The notes beneath the pieces were generated by a model, which worked only from the letters and a program-made list of their open reading frames with translations, searched no databases and was not told the origin of the DNA. DNA of 64,000 bases, taken from Candidatus Kapaibacterium sp. Lineage in GTDB: Bacteria > Bacteroidota > Ignavibacteria > Kapaibacteriales > UBA2268. Positions 21,679 to 30,868 of this stretch are shown in pieces (position 1 is the stretch's first letter; each line of letters starts with the position of its first letter). The stretch covers positions 12,819 to 76,818 of the forward strand of contig JAVSMQ010000001.1 in the NCBI GenBank assembly GCA_032027125.1, given 5' to 3'. The translations under genes and the position numbers were made by a program.

Positions 21679-22548
21679 TTAATTGCTGCTACCTAATTCA
21701 TCAATACCTTTCATCAGATTTCCGGCTTCTTTCAACTCATACTGGCTGTGGTAATAAAGAGCAAGGAATATAATCACCAGACTTGAGAAAAGATAGGCTA
21801 AAGTCGAAATAATGTTTAAAACAATAGATAACATTAGCATAAGCGGGCTGTCAGGTGCTGCTGTTATCAATCCGGTTGTCTGTAAAATAGTCAGAATACC
21901 TGCAGGCATACTGAATACTGTACTTATCAGAGCATAAATTAAACCGATGACTATTATGTAACCTAGAGTACGCCACCAATATCCTTTTACAAAATACATA
22001 CTGCGTTGGAGTGATGTTCCTAATCCTGTATCCTCAAAGACCAGCACAACCGAAGATAGAGCCATAGCGATATACAGATACATACCGGGAATAATAAAGA
22101 AAATAAAGCCAATTCCTACTAAAATGAAATATACAAAATTTAATGCAAGAAGGCGCGGCAGAAATGCTTTTACCTGAGCAAGAATATTCTCAAATGGTAC
22201 TTGTGGACCGTTATTGATATATTCCACAATATAACCGAGTACAATTGCACTGATTACGGATATTGCAAGATAATATATGATAAAAATCAATCCGTATTGA
22301 ATCATAAGATTCTGAAAATAATCTAAACCGACAGAGTCAGGATTTTGGGCAGAATCTGTAATCATACTCATATTCTCAGTTTGAAAAATCCCGAGAACTA
22401 TACCAAGCAATATCAGAAGCGGCATTGCAAGTATAAGCATGGATTTAAAAAGCGGTTTTATTTCCTGACGCGTAAATGCAAACGTTGCATTGAGTAAATC
22501 CCGTAATTTACGGTATTCATTAAACTTAACTGTGTATGAGTTCACCAT
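21679..22548 (-). CDS. polytopic membrane protein (uncharacterised)
   Basis: About 6 predicted TM helices are present and no catalytic motif was recognised. It overlaps the SpoIIM-like gene by 23 nt. Confidence 0.55.
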   Translation of the reverse strand: MVNSYTVKFNEYRKLRDLLNATFAFTRQEIKPLFKSMLILAMPLLILLGIVLGIFQTENMSMITDSAQNPDSVGLDYFQNLMIQYGLIFIIYYLAISVISAIVLGYIVEYINNGPQVPFENILAQVKAFLPRLLALNFVYFILVGIGFIFFIIPGMYLYIAMALSSVVLVFEDTGLGTSLQRSMYFVKGYWWRTLGYIIVIGLIYALISTVFSMPAGILTILQTTGLITAAPDSPLMLMLSIVLNIISTLAYLFSSLVIIFLALYYHSQYELKEAGNLMKGIDELGSSN

Positions 22549-23503
22549 AGATACTCCTTTTATAAATTTTAACTGGATAAATCACAAAATACCAGATAAC
22601 AAAAATCAGTGACAAAATTATTATAAACAAATTGAAAACATCCGGCAATTCAGTCAGTCTGGTTACATAACCTTCAAGAAAGCCTGCTGCTATAAATACC
22701 GGAACTAAACCGAGTGCTATCTTAACACCTCTGACAGCACCTCTCTGAAATGAAACCAGTCGCGTGTAAGTACCCGGGAACAAAAAGCTGTTGCCAATAA
22801 TTATACCTGCCGCTCCGGCAATAATAATAGCAGAAATTTCAAGCGTTCCATGTATCCATACTGTTCTGAATGATTCCCAAAATAGACCTTTTTCGATAAA
22901 GAATTGCTGGAAAGTTCCCAGCATAACTCCATTTTGGAAAAGAACAAATGCCGTCCCCAATGCAGACAGCAGTCCAAAAGAAAAAGTTTTAAAAGAAACC
23001 ATAATATTATTCAAAGTGATACCCAAAAACATATCTATCCCGTTTGCTGATTTATAAACAGCCATCGGGTCGCCCTTTTCAATATTTTTTAATGTCATAT
23101 TTACATATTCACTGCCAAGTACAACCCGGACAAAAGAATCGTCATATTTTGTTGAAATCAGACCGATAAGCATCCCAATCACAAAAATCGAGAATGAAAT
23201 CAAAAGTTCTTTTCTTGACTCATACATAATAAGCGGTAATTCTTTCACCCAAAACCTTTTGAAATCGGAAATATCAAATTTGCCCTTGCTGTAAACCTTT
23301 GAATGTACCTTTAATGCGAGGTCATTCAGGTACAAAGTCGTTTTGCTCAGTGGATAAAATGTACGTGAATACGATAAAGCATCAATCAAATTTGTATATG
23401 CAGATTTCAGTTCATCAGGGGTAAGTTTGAGGTTACCTCCAATAAACTTTTCAACTATTTCCCACTCGGACTTATTTTTTTGCAGAAAATTTATTTCTTT
23501 CAT
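22526..23503 (-). CDS. stage II sporulation protein M-like (DUF95) membrane protein
   Basis: The C-terminal half carries WIHGTLEISAIIIAGAAGIIIG, which is characteristic of SpoIIM/DUF95. Multiple TM helices are present. Confidence 0.65.
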   Translation of the reverse strand: MKEINFLQKNKSEWEIVEKFIGGNLKLTPDELKSAYTNLIDALSYSRTFYPLSKTTLYLNDLALKVHSKVYSKGKFDISDFKRFWVKELPLIMYESRKELLISFSIFVIGMLIGLISTKYDDSFVRVVLGSEYVNMTLKNIEKGDPMAVYKSANGIDMFLGITLNNIMVSFKTFSFGLLSALGTAFVLFQNGVMLGTFQQFFIEKGLFWESFRTVWIHGTLEISAIIIAGAAGIIIGNSFLFPGTYTRLVSFQRGAVRGVKIALGLVPVFIAAGFLEGYVTRLTELPDVFNLFIIILSLIFVIWYFVIYPVKIYKRSIYGELIHS

Positions 23504-23548
23504 CGTATTTTAGAATAATAATATTTACAAATTTAATAAAAAAAATGA

Positions 23549-24274
23549 ATGGACAGTGTAAATTTCGATACTTCGCACAATGTTTTTTTAGAATTTAAGG
23601 TTGCAGGACTTTTTGACAGGATTCTTGCTGCATGTATTGACGTCGTAATTCTGGTTATTTACTCAATTATAATCAGCATAATTTTAGTTCAAATTGTGCT
23701 GGTAGAAGGGGTTTATATAATAATCGCTTTATTTTTGCCGGTAATATTTTATGATTTGATTTGTGAATCTCTTTGGGGCGGGCAAAGTATCGGCAAGAAA
23801 TCAATGAAAATACGGGTTATCAGGGTTGACGGTTTGGAACCTACCTTTGTACAGTATTTTCTAAGATGGATTCTCCGTCCGGTTGATATTTGGATAACAA
23901 CAGGCGGACTTGCTGCACTTGTGGTTTTTCTAAACGGAAAAGGTCAGCGTATTGGCGACATGGCGGCTGGAACAACCGTAGTAAATATTCGGAAGGCTTT
24001 TCGGCTCGAAGACACAATTTTCAGCGGCATTGATGAATCCTATATTCCTGAATTTCCTGAAACTGCCGCTCTGAACGATAAGGATATTTCAATTTTAAAA
24101 GATGTTTTAAATGCAAACTTATTACCTGAAGTACCGGAAGCGGTTATTGACGGAAATTACAGGGTTAAAAGAATATTGGAAGAGAAGATGAAAATCAGCA
24201 CTCATAAGCCGCCCCTCGAATTTATTCAAAAAGTTATACTTGATTACAATTATTATAACAAAATTGCCAATTAA
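23549..24274 (+). CDS. RDD-family membrane protein
   Basis: FDRILAACIDVVILVIY, GQSIGKKSMKIRV and GQRIGDMAAGTTVV are typical RDD-domain features. The gene is divergent from the SpoIIM-like/MoxR operon. Confidence 0.7.
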   Translation: MDSVNFDTSHNVFLEFKVAGLFDRILAACIDVVILVIYSIIISIILVQIVLVEGVYIIIALFLPVIFYDLICESLWGGQSIGKKSMKIRVIRVDGLEPTFVQYFLRWILRPVDIWITTGGLAALVVFLNGKGQRIGDMAAGTTVVNIRKAFRLEDTIFSGIDESYIPEFPETAALNDKDISILKDVLNANLLPEVPEAVIDGNYRVKRILEEKMKISTHKPPLEFIQKVILDYNYYNKIAN

Positions 24275-24289
24275 ATTGTTTAACTTAAT

Positions 24290-25150
24290 TCAGAATTCAG
24301 CATTCAGCATTCAGAATTGCCTTCCAATTCCGTAGGAATGCCCTGTTTGTAGAAAAAATATCATTCCCTCAAATATCATCAAGCTCCGTAAGAGCGGACT
24401 GTTAAAAGAAAATGTACAAATACGATAATGAAATTCATTTTATCTCGTAGAGATTGAATTGTGGTAACATGAGCAATACCTAATTGATTGATATCCCGTA
24501 GGGATTATATTTTTTTACCATAATTCAACCTCTACGAGGTAGTTATGTTCATCGGGACAGGTTTTTGTTACCATAATTTATCTCCTATGGAGAAGAGAAC
24601 CCAAATAAACTCAAAATATGTCAATCTCAAAATGTGGATTTAAATCAGTGTAATCCTTTAATCCGTGTAATCCGTGATTCAGAATTGCCACCCAATTCCG
24701 TAGGAATGACCTTTTTGTAGAAAAAATATCTTGCCCGTAAATATTACTAAGCTCCGTAGGAGCGGACTGTTCAAACCAAAAAGACACTAATATAATAATG
24801 TAATTCATTTTATCTCATAGAGATTGAATTGTGGTAACATGAGCAATGCCTAATTGATTGATATCCCGTAGGGATTATATTTTTTTACCATAATTCAACC
24901 TCTACGAGGTAGTCATGTTCATCGGGACAGGTTTTTGTTACCATAATTTATCTCCTATGGAGAAGAGAACCCAAATAAACACAAAATATGTCAATCTCAA
25001 AATGTGGATTTAAATCAGTGTAATCCTTTAATCCGTGTAATCCGTGATTCAGAATTGCCATCCAATTCCGTAGGAATGCCCTGTTTGTAGAAAATAATCA
25101 ACCCCTCAAAAAATATGAAGCTCTGTAGGAGCGGACTGTTCAATTAACAA
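24290..25150. repeat. 368-370-bp tandem repeat, about 2.3 copies, built of GTA-loop mini-hairpins
   Basis: Unit starts (tcagaattgcc) lie at 24311, 24679 and 25049. The second halves of copies 1 and 2 are nearly identical. Each unit contains attccGTAggaat, gctcCGTAAgagc, atctcGTAgagat, atcccGTAgggat, acctcTACgaggt and tctccTATggaga. Confidence 0.9.
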
Positions 25151-25197
25151 GAATCTCTTAAAGAAATTAAATGAGTAAAATTTATTAAATAAACTTT

Positions 25198-25617
25198 CTA
25201 ACAACTACGAATAACTTTTGAACCCGACGGAATTACTTTTGTACCCGACGGAATTACTTTTGTACCCGACGGAATTACTTTTGAACCCGACGGAATTACT
25301 TTTGAACAACTACGATGAACTTTCGTACAAGTGCGATGAACTTTGCATAAGTTTCATTGTGCTTTGCATAAGGTTCATTATAATTTTCATATGGTTTATT
25401 ATACTTTTCATAAGGTTCATTACGCTTTTCATAAGGTTCATTACGCTTTTCATAAGGTTCATTACGCTTTTCATAAGGTTCATTACGCTTTTCATAGGGT
25501 TCATTATGCATTTCATAAGGTTCATTACGCTTTTCATAAGGTTCATTACGCTTTTCATAAGGTTCATTACGCTTTTCATAAGGTTCATTACGCTTTTCAT
25601 AAGGTTCATTACGCTTT
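25198..25617. repeat. 21-bp tandem array, 20 units in perfect register (locus 1)
   Basis: This was hand-parsed. There is 1 unit of ctaacaactacgaataacttt and 4 of tgWacccgacggaattacttt. Five transitional units follow. There are 4+5 units of tcataaggttcattacgcttt, separated by 1 variant. Confidence 0.95.
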
Positions 25618-25704
25618 TCATATATATTAAAACCTTAATGAAGGACATTTTAAGTACAATGAATTAAGTTAGAATATCAAATTACAACTTTCAATCATGA
25701 ACTG

Positions 25705-25748
25705 AAAACACAAAAAACCCTTCCGAAAGCATTGATTTTTCGGAAGGG
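25705..25748 (-). terminator. rho-independent terminator of the T9SS-cargo gene
   Basis: The 11-bp stem pairs cccttccgaaa (25718-25728) with tttcggaaggg (25738-25748). On the minus strand it is followed by TTTTTTGTGTTTT. Confidence 0.75.
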
Positions 25749-25847
25749 CTTATTATTATCAATAATTATTACTTCTTTCTATATCATTCTCCTCAAAATG
25801 ATTGAGGGAAGGAGGAAAATTATTAATGTTTTCATATTAATTTTCCT

Positions 25848-27125
25848 TTACTCTGTTACTAAAAATTTTGAGGAATATTCTGTCTTACCGTCTTGTATAT
25901 GTATCAGGTATGTTCCGTTGAGTAGTTTGATTGGAATTCTTAGTTCAGAATCAATTTTAGGAGAATTTAAAGTATATACAACTTTGCCTTTAATATCGCT
26001 AATTGAAATATTAATTTGACCGGAAATTGAAATCAATCCAGTGACAAATAGCGTGCTTTTTCGGTATTGAACGGATATAGCATTTTGTTGGATTGGCTCA
26101 CTTAGACCTGTTAGGATTTTATTAAGATCATAAGATTCAATACCTTCATTTCTTACTAAGAATGAATTATGAATAGGATTATATCCTAATAAACCCGATT
26201 TTCCGTGACGATAAAAGACTTTTTTATCATTTAGCAAATTCATTATCATAAAATTCCTTTTTGAAAAACTTTCACCAGAACTTAATCCAATTAAGTCATA
26301 GTCCAAAAAACAGAAATATATTACTCCATACTCAACATTCGACTCATTATAGTGTTTAAACAAACTCATGCCATCTAATTTGTAAACATAAAAATCTCTC
26401 AAATAGACTTGATACCCCACATACTTTCCATCCTGTGAGAATTTGATACTACGTACTTCAAAGTTACCGCCAATCTTAGCAAGTTCTTTAATTGGTTTTA
26501 GTGTGACAGCATCCCAGAGAGTTAAAATTGTATAAAATACATCATCTCCCATTATATCTTTTTCTGTTTTAGTACCTCCGGTTGCGAAGTATTTTCCGTC
26601 GAGTGAAGTTGCAATTACCGGTCTTGAATAATTCAAATCAAGATAAGTATATTCATCTTTTATTAAATTATAAACTACTAAGGACGAGTCAAGACCTGTT
26701 CCTAAAGCTTTTTGATGACAATAGATTATTCTGTTGCCATCTGGGAAAAACCTGAGATTTGGATATGAACCCGGCACTCTTAATTTTTTTAATACTGCTT
26801 CCGTTTCGTAATCAATTATTGTTACAGAATCTGTAAGTATCAGCAGATATTTTCCATCCGGTGAAATATCTCCGACGGGTGCTTTAATGTTAAATACCCG
26901 TATTACTTCTCCTGTATTACCATTTAATTCAGAAATACGTAAACCCTTCATGGCAATAATATTGCCATTAGGGTGTACAAGGAATGCTTCATAGCCTTCT
27001 GGGTCGGTCGTCTGCCAAAGCAGATATGGGTCGGGTTCTTGTCCCCAAAGGGGATTCATGCCGATTATTACTGACACTGCGATAAATAAAAACATCTTAC
27101 AGTTCATTTTCATAACTTTTCTCAA
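25848..27125 (-). CDS. secreted beta-propeller-like protein with T9SS C-terminal sorting domain
   Basis: A signal peptide is present. Repeated DGKY-type blades occur (ISPDGKYLLIL, SLDGKYFATG, FSQDGKYVGY). The C-terminal roughly 80 aa (ISISDIKGKVVYTL...LLNGTYLIHIQDGKTEYSSKFLVTE) resemble the T9SS type A CTD. Confidence 0.75.
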   Translation of the reverse strand: MRKVMKMNCKMFLFIAVSVIIGMNPLWGQEPDPYLLWQTTDPEGYEAFLVHPNGNIIAMKGLRISELNGNTGEVIRVFNIKAPVGDISPDGKYLLILTDSVTIIDYETEAVLKKLRVPGSYPNLRFFPDGNRIIYCHQKALGTGLDSSLVVYNLIKDEYTYLDLNYSRPVIATSLDGKYFATGGTKTEKDIMGDDVFYTILTLWDAVTLKPIKELAKIGGNFEVRSIKFSQDGKYVGYQVYLRDFYVYKLDGMSLFKHYNESNVEYGVIYFCFLDYDLIGLSSGESFSKRNFMIMNLLNDKKVFYRHGKSGLLGYNPIHNSFLVRNEGIESYDLNKILTGLSEPIQQNAISVQYRKSTLFVTGLISISGQINISISDIKGKVVYTLNSPKIDSELRIPIKLLNGTYLIHIQDGKTEYSSKFLVTE

Positions 27126-27384
27126 AAATACTTTTTCAATATTAACAAATATACTTACTTATAATAACACATCAAACTCAAAAACGTCCCGAAAAAATTG
27201 AAATTGAATAAAAAGTTCACTAAACATTGTTATTGAGATTATCTAATTTTTCTTTTGGAAATTTTGTCATATTTTTACCATTATGAAATTTGTTTGAATT
27301 AATATAAGTTGGATTTGTAATTTAGTCAGAAATTTAATTAATAGCTTAAATTCTTTTTGTTGTTAAAATTAATAGTAATGTGAA

Positions 27385-28662
27385 TTGAGAAAAAAAGTAC
27401 CGATAGCGATTGTTGATTGTAATAATTTTTACGCATCATGCGAAAGAGTTTTCAATCCTCGTTTAAATGGTAAGCCGATTATTGTGCTTTCCAACAACGA
27501 CGGTGTGATAGTTGCACTCTCAAACGAAGCCAAAGCACTCGGGATAAAGGGATTCTCCCCGTTATTCAAGGTTCAGGATTTGGTAACAAAACATAATGTA
27601 GCGGTATTTTCTTCTAATTATACATTATACGGTGATTTATCCCACAGAGTTATGACTACTCTGGAGCAGTTCTCACCAAATGTCGAAATTTACTCGATAG
27701 ATGAAGCATTTATCTATCTGGATGGTATTCATTCAAAAGATTTGACAGCTTATTGCAGTGAAATCCGCCAAACCGTTAAAAAATGGGTCGGCATTCCTGT
27801 ATCAGTCGGCATTGCTTATACCAAAACTCTTGCAAAACTGGCTAACAGACGTGCAAAAAAGAATCCGGTTTATAATGGAGTTCTTAATCTTATTGACAAT
27901 CCCGATATTGAATCACATCTCAAAGGTGTTGAAGTCGGTGATGTCTGGGGAGTCGGAAGACAATATACCAAACTTTTGAACTGCCATAATATTTATACAG
28001 CTTACGACCTTTCCAAAGCAAACCAAACATGGATAAAAAAGAGAATGACTGTGCAGGGTTTGAGGACTGTTCATGAGTTAAACGGCGAACCATGCATTAG
28101 TGCCGAATATACACCGCCTGATAAAAAAGGGATTATTTCATCAAGGTCTTTTGGCAAAAATGTTACCGAAAAGAAAGATTTGGCGGAGGCAATTGCAAAC
28201 TATACAACCCGTGCCGCCGAGAAACTCAGAATGCAGAAATCAATCGCAAATGCTATCTATGTTTTTCTTCGTACAAATCCATATAAAGATACTCCACAGT
28301 ATCATAACGGCTGTCAGGTAATTCTGCCTGTTGCTACCGACTTTACAAATGAACTGATTGAATATGCTATGAAAGGGCTTGAGCAAATCTACCGACCGGA
28401 CTATTTATATCAGAAAGCAGGAATAATGCTGACGGGAATACTGCCGAAATCAACAGAGCAGGTTTCACTTTTTGATAAAATTGACCGCGACAAATTTCAA
28501 AAAATTACAGATGCTATGGATAAATTAAATATGGAAATGGGTTCAGGAACAGTTTTTTTTGCAGCAGCAGGCATCAAACGAGGATGGAAAATGAAACGCG
28601 AACTTAAGTCACCGCAATATACAACCAGATGGGAGGAAATACCTGATGTTAAAGCTTTTTGA
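27385..28662 (+). CDS. umuC: Y-family translesion DNA polymerase, UmuC-like
   Basis: [49 protein letters not shown] aligns with the UmuC N-terminus. SIDEAF and VWGVGR motifs are present. The apparent start is TTG. Confidence 0.88.
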   Translation: MRKKVPIAIVDCNNFYASCERVFNPRLNGKPIIVLSNNDGVIVALSNEAKALGIKGFSPLFKVQDLVTKHNVAVFSSNYTLYGDLSHRVMTTLEQFSPNVEIYSIDEAFIYLDGIHSKDLTAYCSEIRQTVKKWVGIPVSVGIAYTKTLAKLANRRAKKNPVYNGVLNLIDNPDIESHLKGVEVGDVWGVGRQYTKLLNCHNIYTAYDLSKANQTWIKKRMTVQGLRTVHELNGEPCISAEYTPPDKKGIISSRSFGKNVTEKKDLAEAIANYTTRAAEKLRMQKSIANAIYVFLRTNPYKDTPQYHNGCQVILPVATDFTNELIEYAMKGLEQIYRPDYLYQKAGIMLTGILPKSTEQVSLFDKIDRDKFQKITDAMDKLNMEMGSGTVFFAAAGIKRGWKMKRELKSPQYTTRWEEIPDVKAF

Positions 28663-30343
28663 AAATAATGTAACATATTTGCAGGATGCAAACTACAGAA
28701 AACGTATTTTGTTATTTACTACAATTATTTATATCCTTTTTATCGGAAATGTTAATCTTTTCGACTGGGACGAGATAAATTTCGCCGAAGCAGCCCGTGA
28801 GATGATTGTAACAGGTGACTATCTGAATGTCCGTATTGATTATGAGCCGTTCCACGAAAAGCCGCCGCTGTTTATCTGGATGCAGGTTATTTCGATGAAA
28901 ATATTAGGTGTAAGCGAACAGTCAGCAAGACTTCCCAATGTCATATTTGGTATTTTAACATTATCATTTCTTATTAGAATCGGCAAAAATATATTTGACC
29001 GCAGGTTCGGTTATCTCTGGGCATTGGCATATTTCGGCTCGCTTCTACCCCACTTTTATTTTAAATCGAGTATTATTGACCCTGTTTTTAATTTTTTTAT
29101 GTTTGCAGGTGTCTATTATTTATTCAGGTTTACTTCCGAGAATATGATTACGGGTAAAATCATAAACAGGGATATTTATTGGGCAGGGCTATACACATCT
29201 CTTGCATTTATGACAAAGGGTCCGGTCGGGTTTATGCTTGTTTTCATTACCTGGGCTGTCTTTTGGGGATTTAATGCCCGGAGCTTCCAACTTCCGGTTA
29301 AACAAATTCTAATCTTTACCGGAATTTCATTCCTACCTGCAGTAATCTGGTATGCCGCAATATTCTATCAGCAGGGCGGCGGAATTATAAGTGAGTTTAT
29401 AACTTATCAGATTCGTCTGCTTACGACAGGTGATGCCGGTCATGAAGGTCCGTTTTATTATCATTTTTTAGTGGTATTTTTAGGATGTTTTCCTGCTTCA
29501 ATATTTGTTTTCAGAGCTTTCAGAAACAGTGAATTTGATAACTCATCACAAAAGATATTCAAAAATTTCAATATAATACTATTGGCAGTTGTGCTCATAA
29601 TTTTTTCAATTGTCAAGACAAAGATTGTTCATTATTCCTCTCTCTCCTATTTCCCTGTGACTTTTCTTGCAGCATATACAATGCATAAAATTATTAATGG
29701 TGAAATCAGGAACAAATTATCAACAAATATCGGTGTTGCTGCAATCGGTATAATTTTATCAATACTTTTTATAGCTTTTCCGCTTGTATTAATGAATATT
29801 GACAGCTTTCTTCCTCAAATTACGGATAAATTTACAAATGCTTTGCTTCAGGCAGAAGTTAGTTGGACAGGATTCGAGATTGTAGTTGGATTTACTTTGC
29901 TAATTGGGACAATTTTTTACTTGATATATTCTATTAGGAAAGAGTATTTAAAATCATATATTTCTATATACTTAGCTACTGCGTTGACAATTTTTCTTTT
30001 TCTGCCTGTGATGGCTCCTAAAATCGGAATTTATACTCAAAGAGCACCGGTTGATTTCTTTAAATCATTAGCAGGAAAGGATGTATATGTTCATACATTA
30101 GGTTATAAGAGCTATGCTCCTTATTTTTATCAGAGAAAAGAATTAAAAAACTCAAAATATTACATGAAAATGACCGGTGAAGAATACGAAGATTTCTTAC
30201 TGACAGGCAATATCCAAAAGCCTGCTTATTTTTCTGCTAAGAATAATAATATTGACGAATATCTTGTCAGGCAGCCGCAGTTGAAGGAATTATACAGGAA
30301 AAACGGATTTGTATTCTTTGTCAGGGAGCCGGTAAAAGAGTAA
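28646..30343 (+). CDS. GT39/ArnT-like lipid-carrier-dependent glycosyltransferase
   Basis: There are more than 10 TM helices. The N-terminal loop motif is [14 protein letters not shown]...[10 protein letters not shown], as in ArnT/PMT-family enzymes. The gene overlaps the end of umuC by 17 nt. Confidence 0.75.
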   Translation: MLKLFENNVTYLQDANYRKRILLFTTIIYILFIGNVNLFDWDEINFAEAAREMIVTGDYLNVRIDYEPFHEKPPLFIWMQVISMKILGVSEQSARLPNVIFGILTLSFLIRIGKNIFDRRFGYLWALAYFGSLLPHFYFKSSIIDPVFNFFMFAGVYYLFRFTSENMITGKIINRDIYWAGLYTSLAFMTKGPVGFMLVFITWAVFWGFNARSFQLPVKQILIFTGISFLPAVIWYAAIFYQQGGGIISEFITYQIRLLTTGDAGHEGPFYYHFLVVFLGCFPASIFVFRAFRNSEFDNSSQKIFKNFNIILLAVVLIIFSIVKTKIVHYSSLSYFPVTFLAAYTMHKIINGEIRNKLSTNIGVAAIGIILSILFIAFPLVLMNIDSFLPQITDKFTNALLQAEVSWTGFEIVVGFTLLIGTIFYLIYSIRKEYLKSYISIYLATALTIFLFLPVMAPKIGIYTQRAPVDFFKSLAGKDVYVHTLGYKSYAPYFYQRKELKNSKYYMKMTGEEYEDFLLTGNIQKPAYFSAKNNNIDEYLVRQPQLKELYRKNGFVFFVREPVKE

Positions 30344-30536
30344 TAGTTTTCTGTCGAATAAATTCTTTTGGATTGAGAATATTTAACTTATGAGTCTGTT
30401 ACAAAAAGTATTTATTTATTCTTATTTTACATGAATGCTACATTGAGTGATGTCGAAATGTAATATATACGTTATTTGAAAGTTATTAAATCCCTTCCTT
30501 CGACTTCGCTAAGGATGACCAAAATACCGGTGTTTT

Positions 30537-30698
30537 GTATTTGTCCCCCGCTGGCGGGGGCAGGGGGTGGAAATTAATTTTTGGATTTCTTAAACGTTAT
30601 AATGTAAAACGACAATTTTTGGTTTATAATTCTGAGAGACTGCGAAGGTCTGAATTTAATTTTCCACCCCCTAACCCCCGCCAGCGGGGGACAAATAC
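30537..30698. repeat. GC-rich nested palindromic element (about 41-bp inverted arms, about 78-bp core)
   Basis: The left arm is gtatttgtcccccgctggcgggggcagggggtggaaattaa (30537-30577). Its near-perfect reverse complement lies at 30656-30698. Each arm also contains its own palindrome, cccccgcYRgcggggg. Confidence 0.9.
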
Positions 30699-30868
30699 TA
30701 AAGAACTGAATTTATCACTTTGAGGTAATGAGTACATGAATTAATAAATTAACAGCCTGGACTCTTCGCAGGCTCAGAGAGACAAAACAAGGGGTTTTAT
30801 TTAAAATAAATCTTTAGTGACTCTTTATCTGGATTTCCATTTATTAAAAAACCAAACTTATACATCTT

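Noticed and set aside
24611-24808. There is a 65-aa ORF inside the 369-bp tandem repeat, and an 81-aa ORF at 47572..47817 inside the 61-nt modules.
   Set aside because: Both are translations of the hairpin modules (..SAPTELS.., ..RDSTPTELTD). They have no start context and the same sequence recurs as non-coding repeat elsewhere.
25198-25617. A CRISPR array was considered for the 21-bp direct repeats. The same applies to 49332..49771.
   Set aside because: The units are directly adjacent with no spacers, and the repeat length is below typical CRISPR repeats. No cas genes or leader sequence are present in the window.
25218-25667. Track ORFs run through the locus-1 array in several frames: FIRFITL, HKVHYAF and KRNEPYE repeats at 25218..25667, 25343..25630 and 25296..25511.
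   Set aside because: These ORFs arise because 4 of the 6 frames of the 21-mer lack stop codons. 25218..25667 starts at a TTG, and none has a homolog-like N-terminus. Only the MSFIKV frame is kept, as a low-confidence hypothesis.
24275-25847. A mobile genetic element (IS, integron or prophage remnant) was considered to explain the repeat-rich intergenic block. The same applies to 47431..50040.
   Set aside because: No transposase, integrase, recombinase or reverse transcriptase ORF was found anywhere in the window. No terminal inverted repeats with target-site duplications could be identified by eye.
30535-30723. A 62-aa ORF (MYLSPAGGGRGWK...PPPNPRQRGT) spans this interval.
   Set aside because: It spans the GC-rich palindrome exactly. 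Its two ends are translations of the inverted arms, which is a typical repeat-induced spurious ORF.
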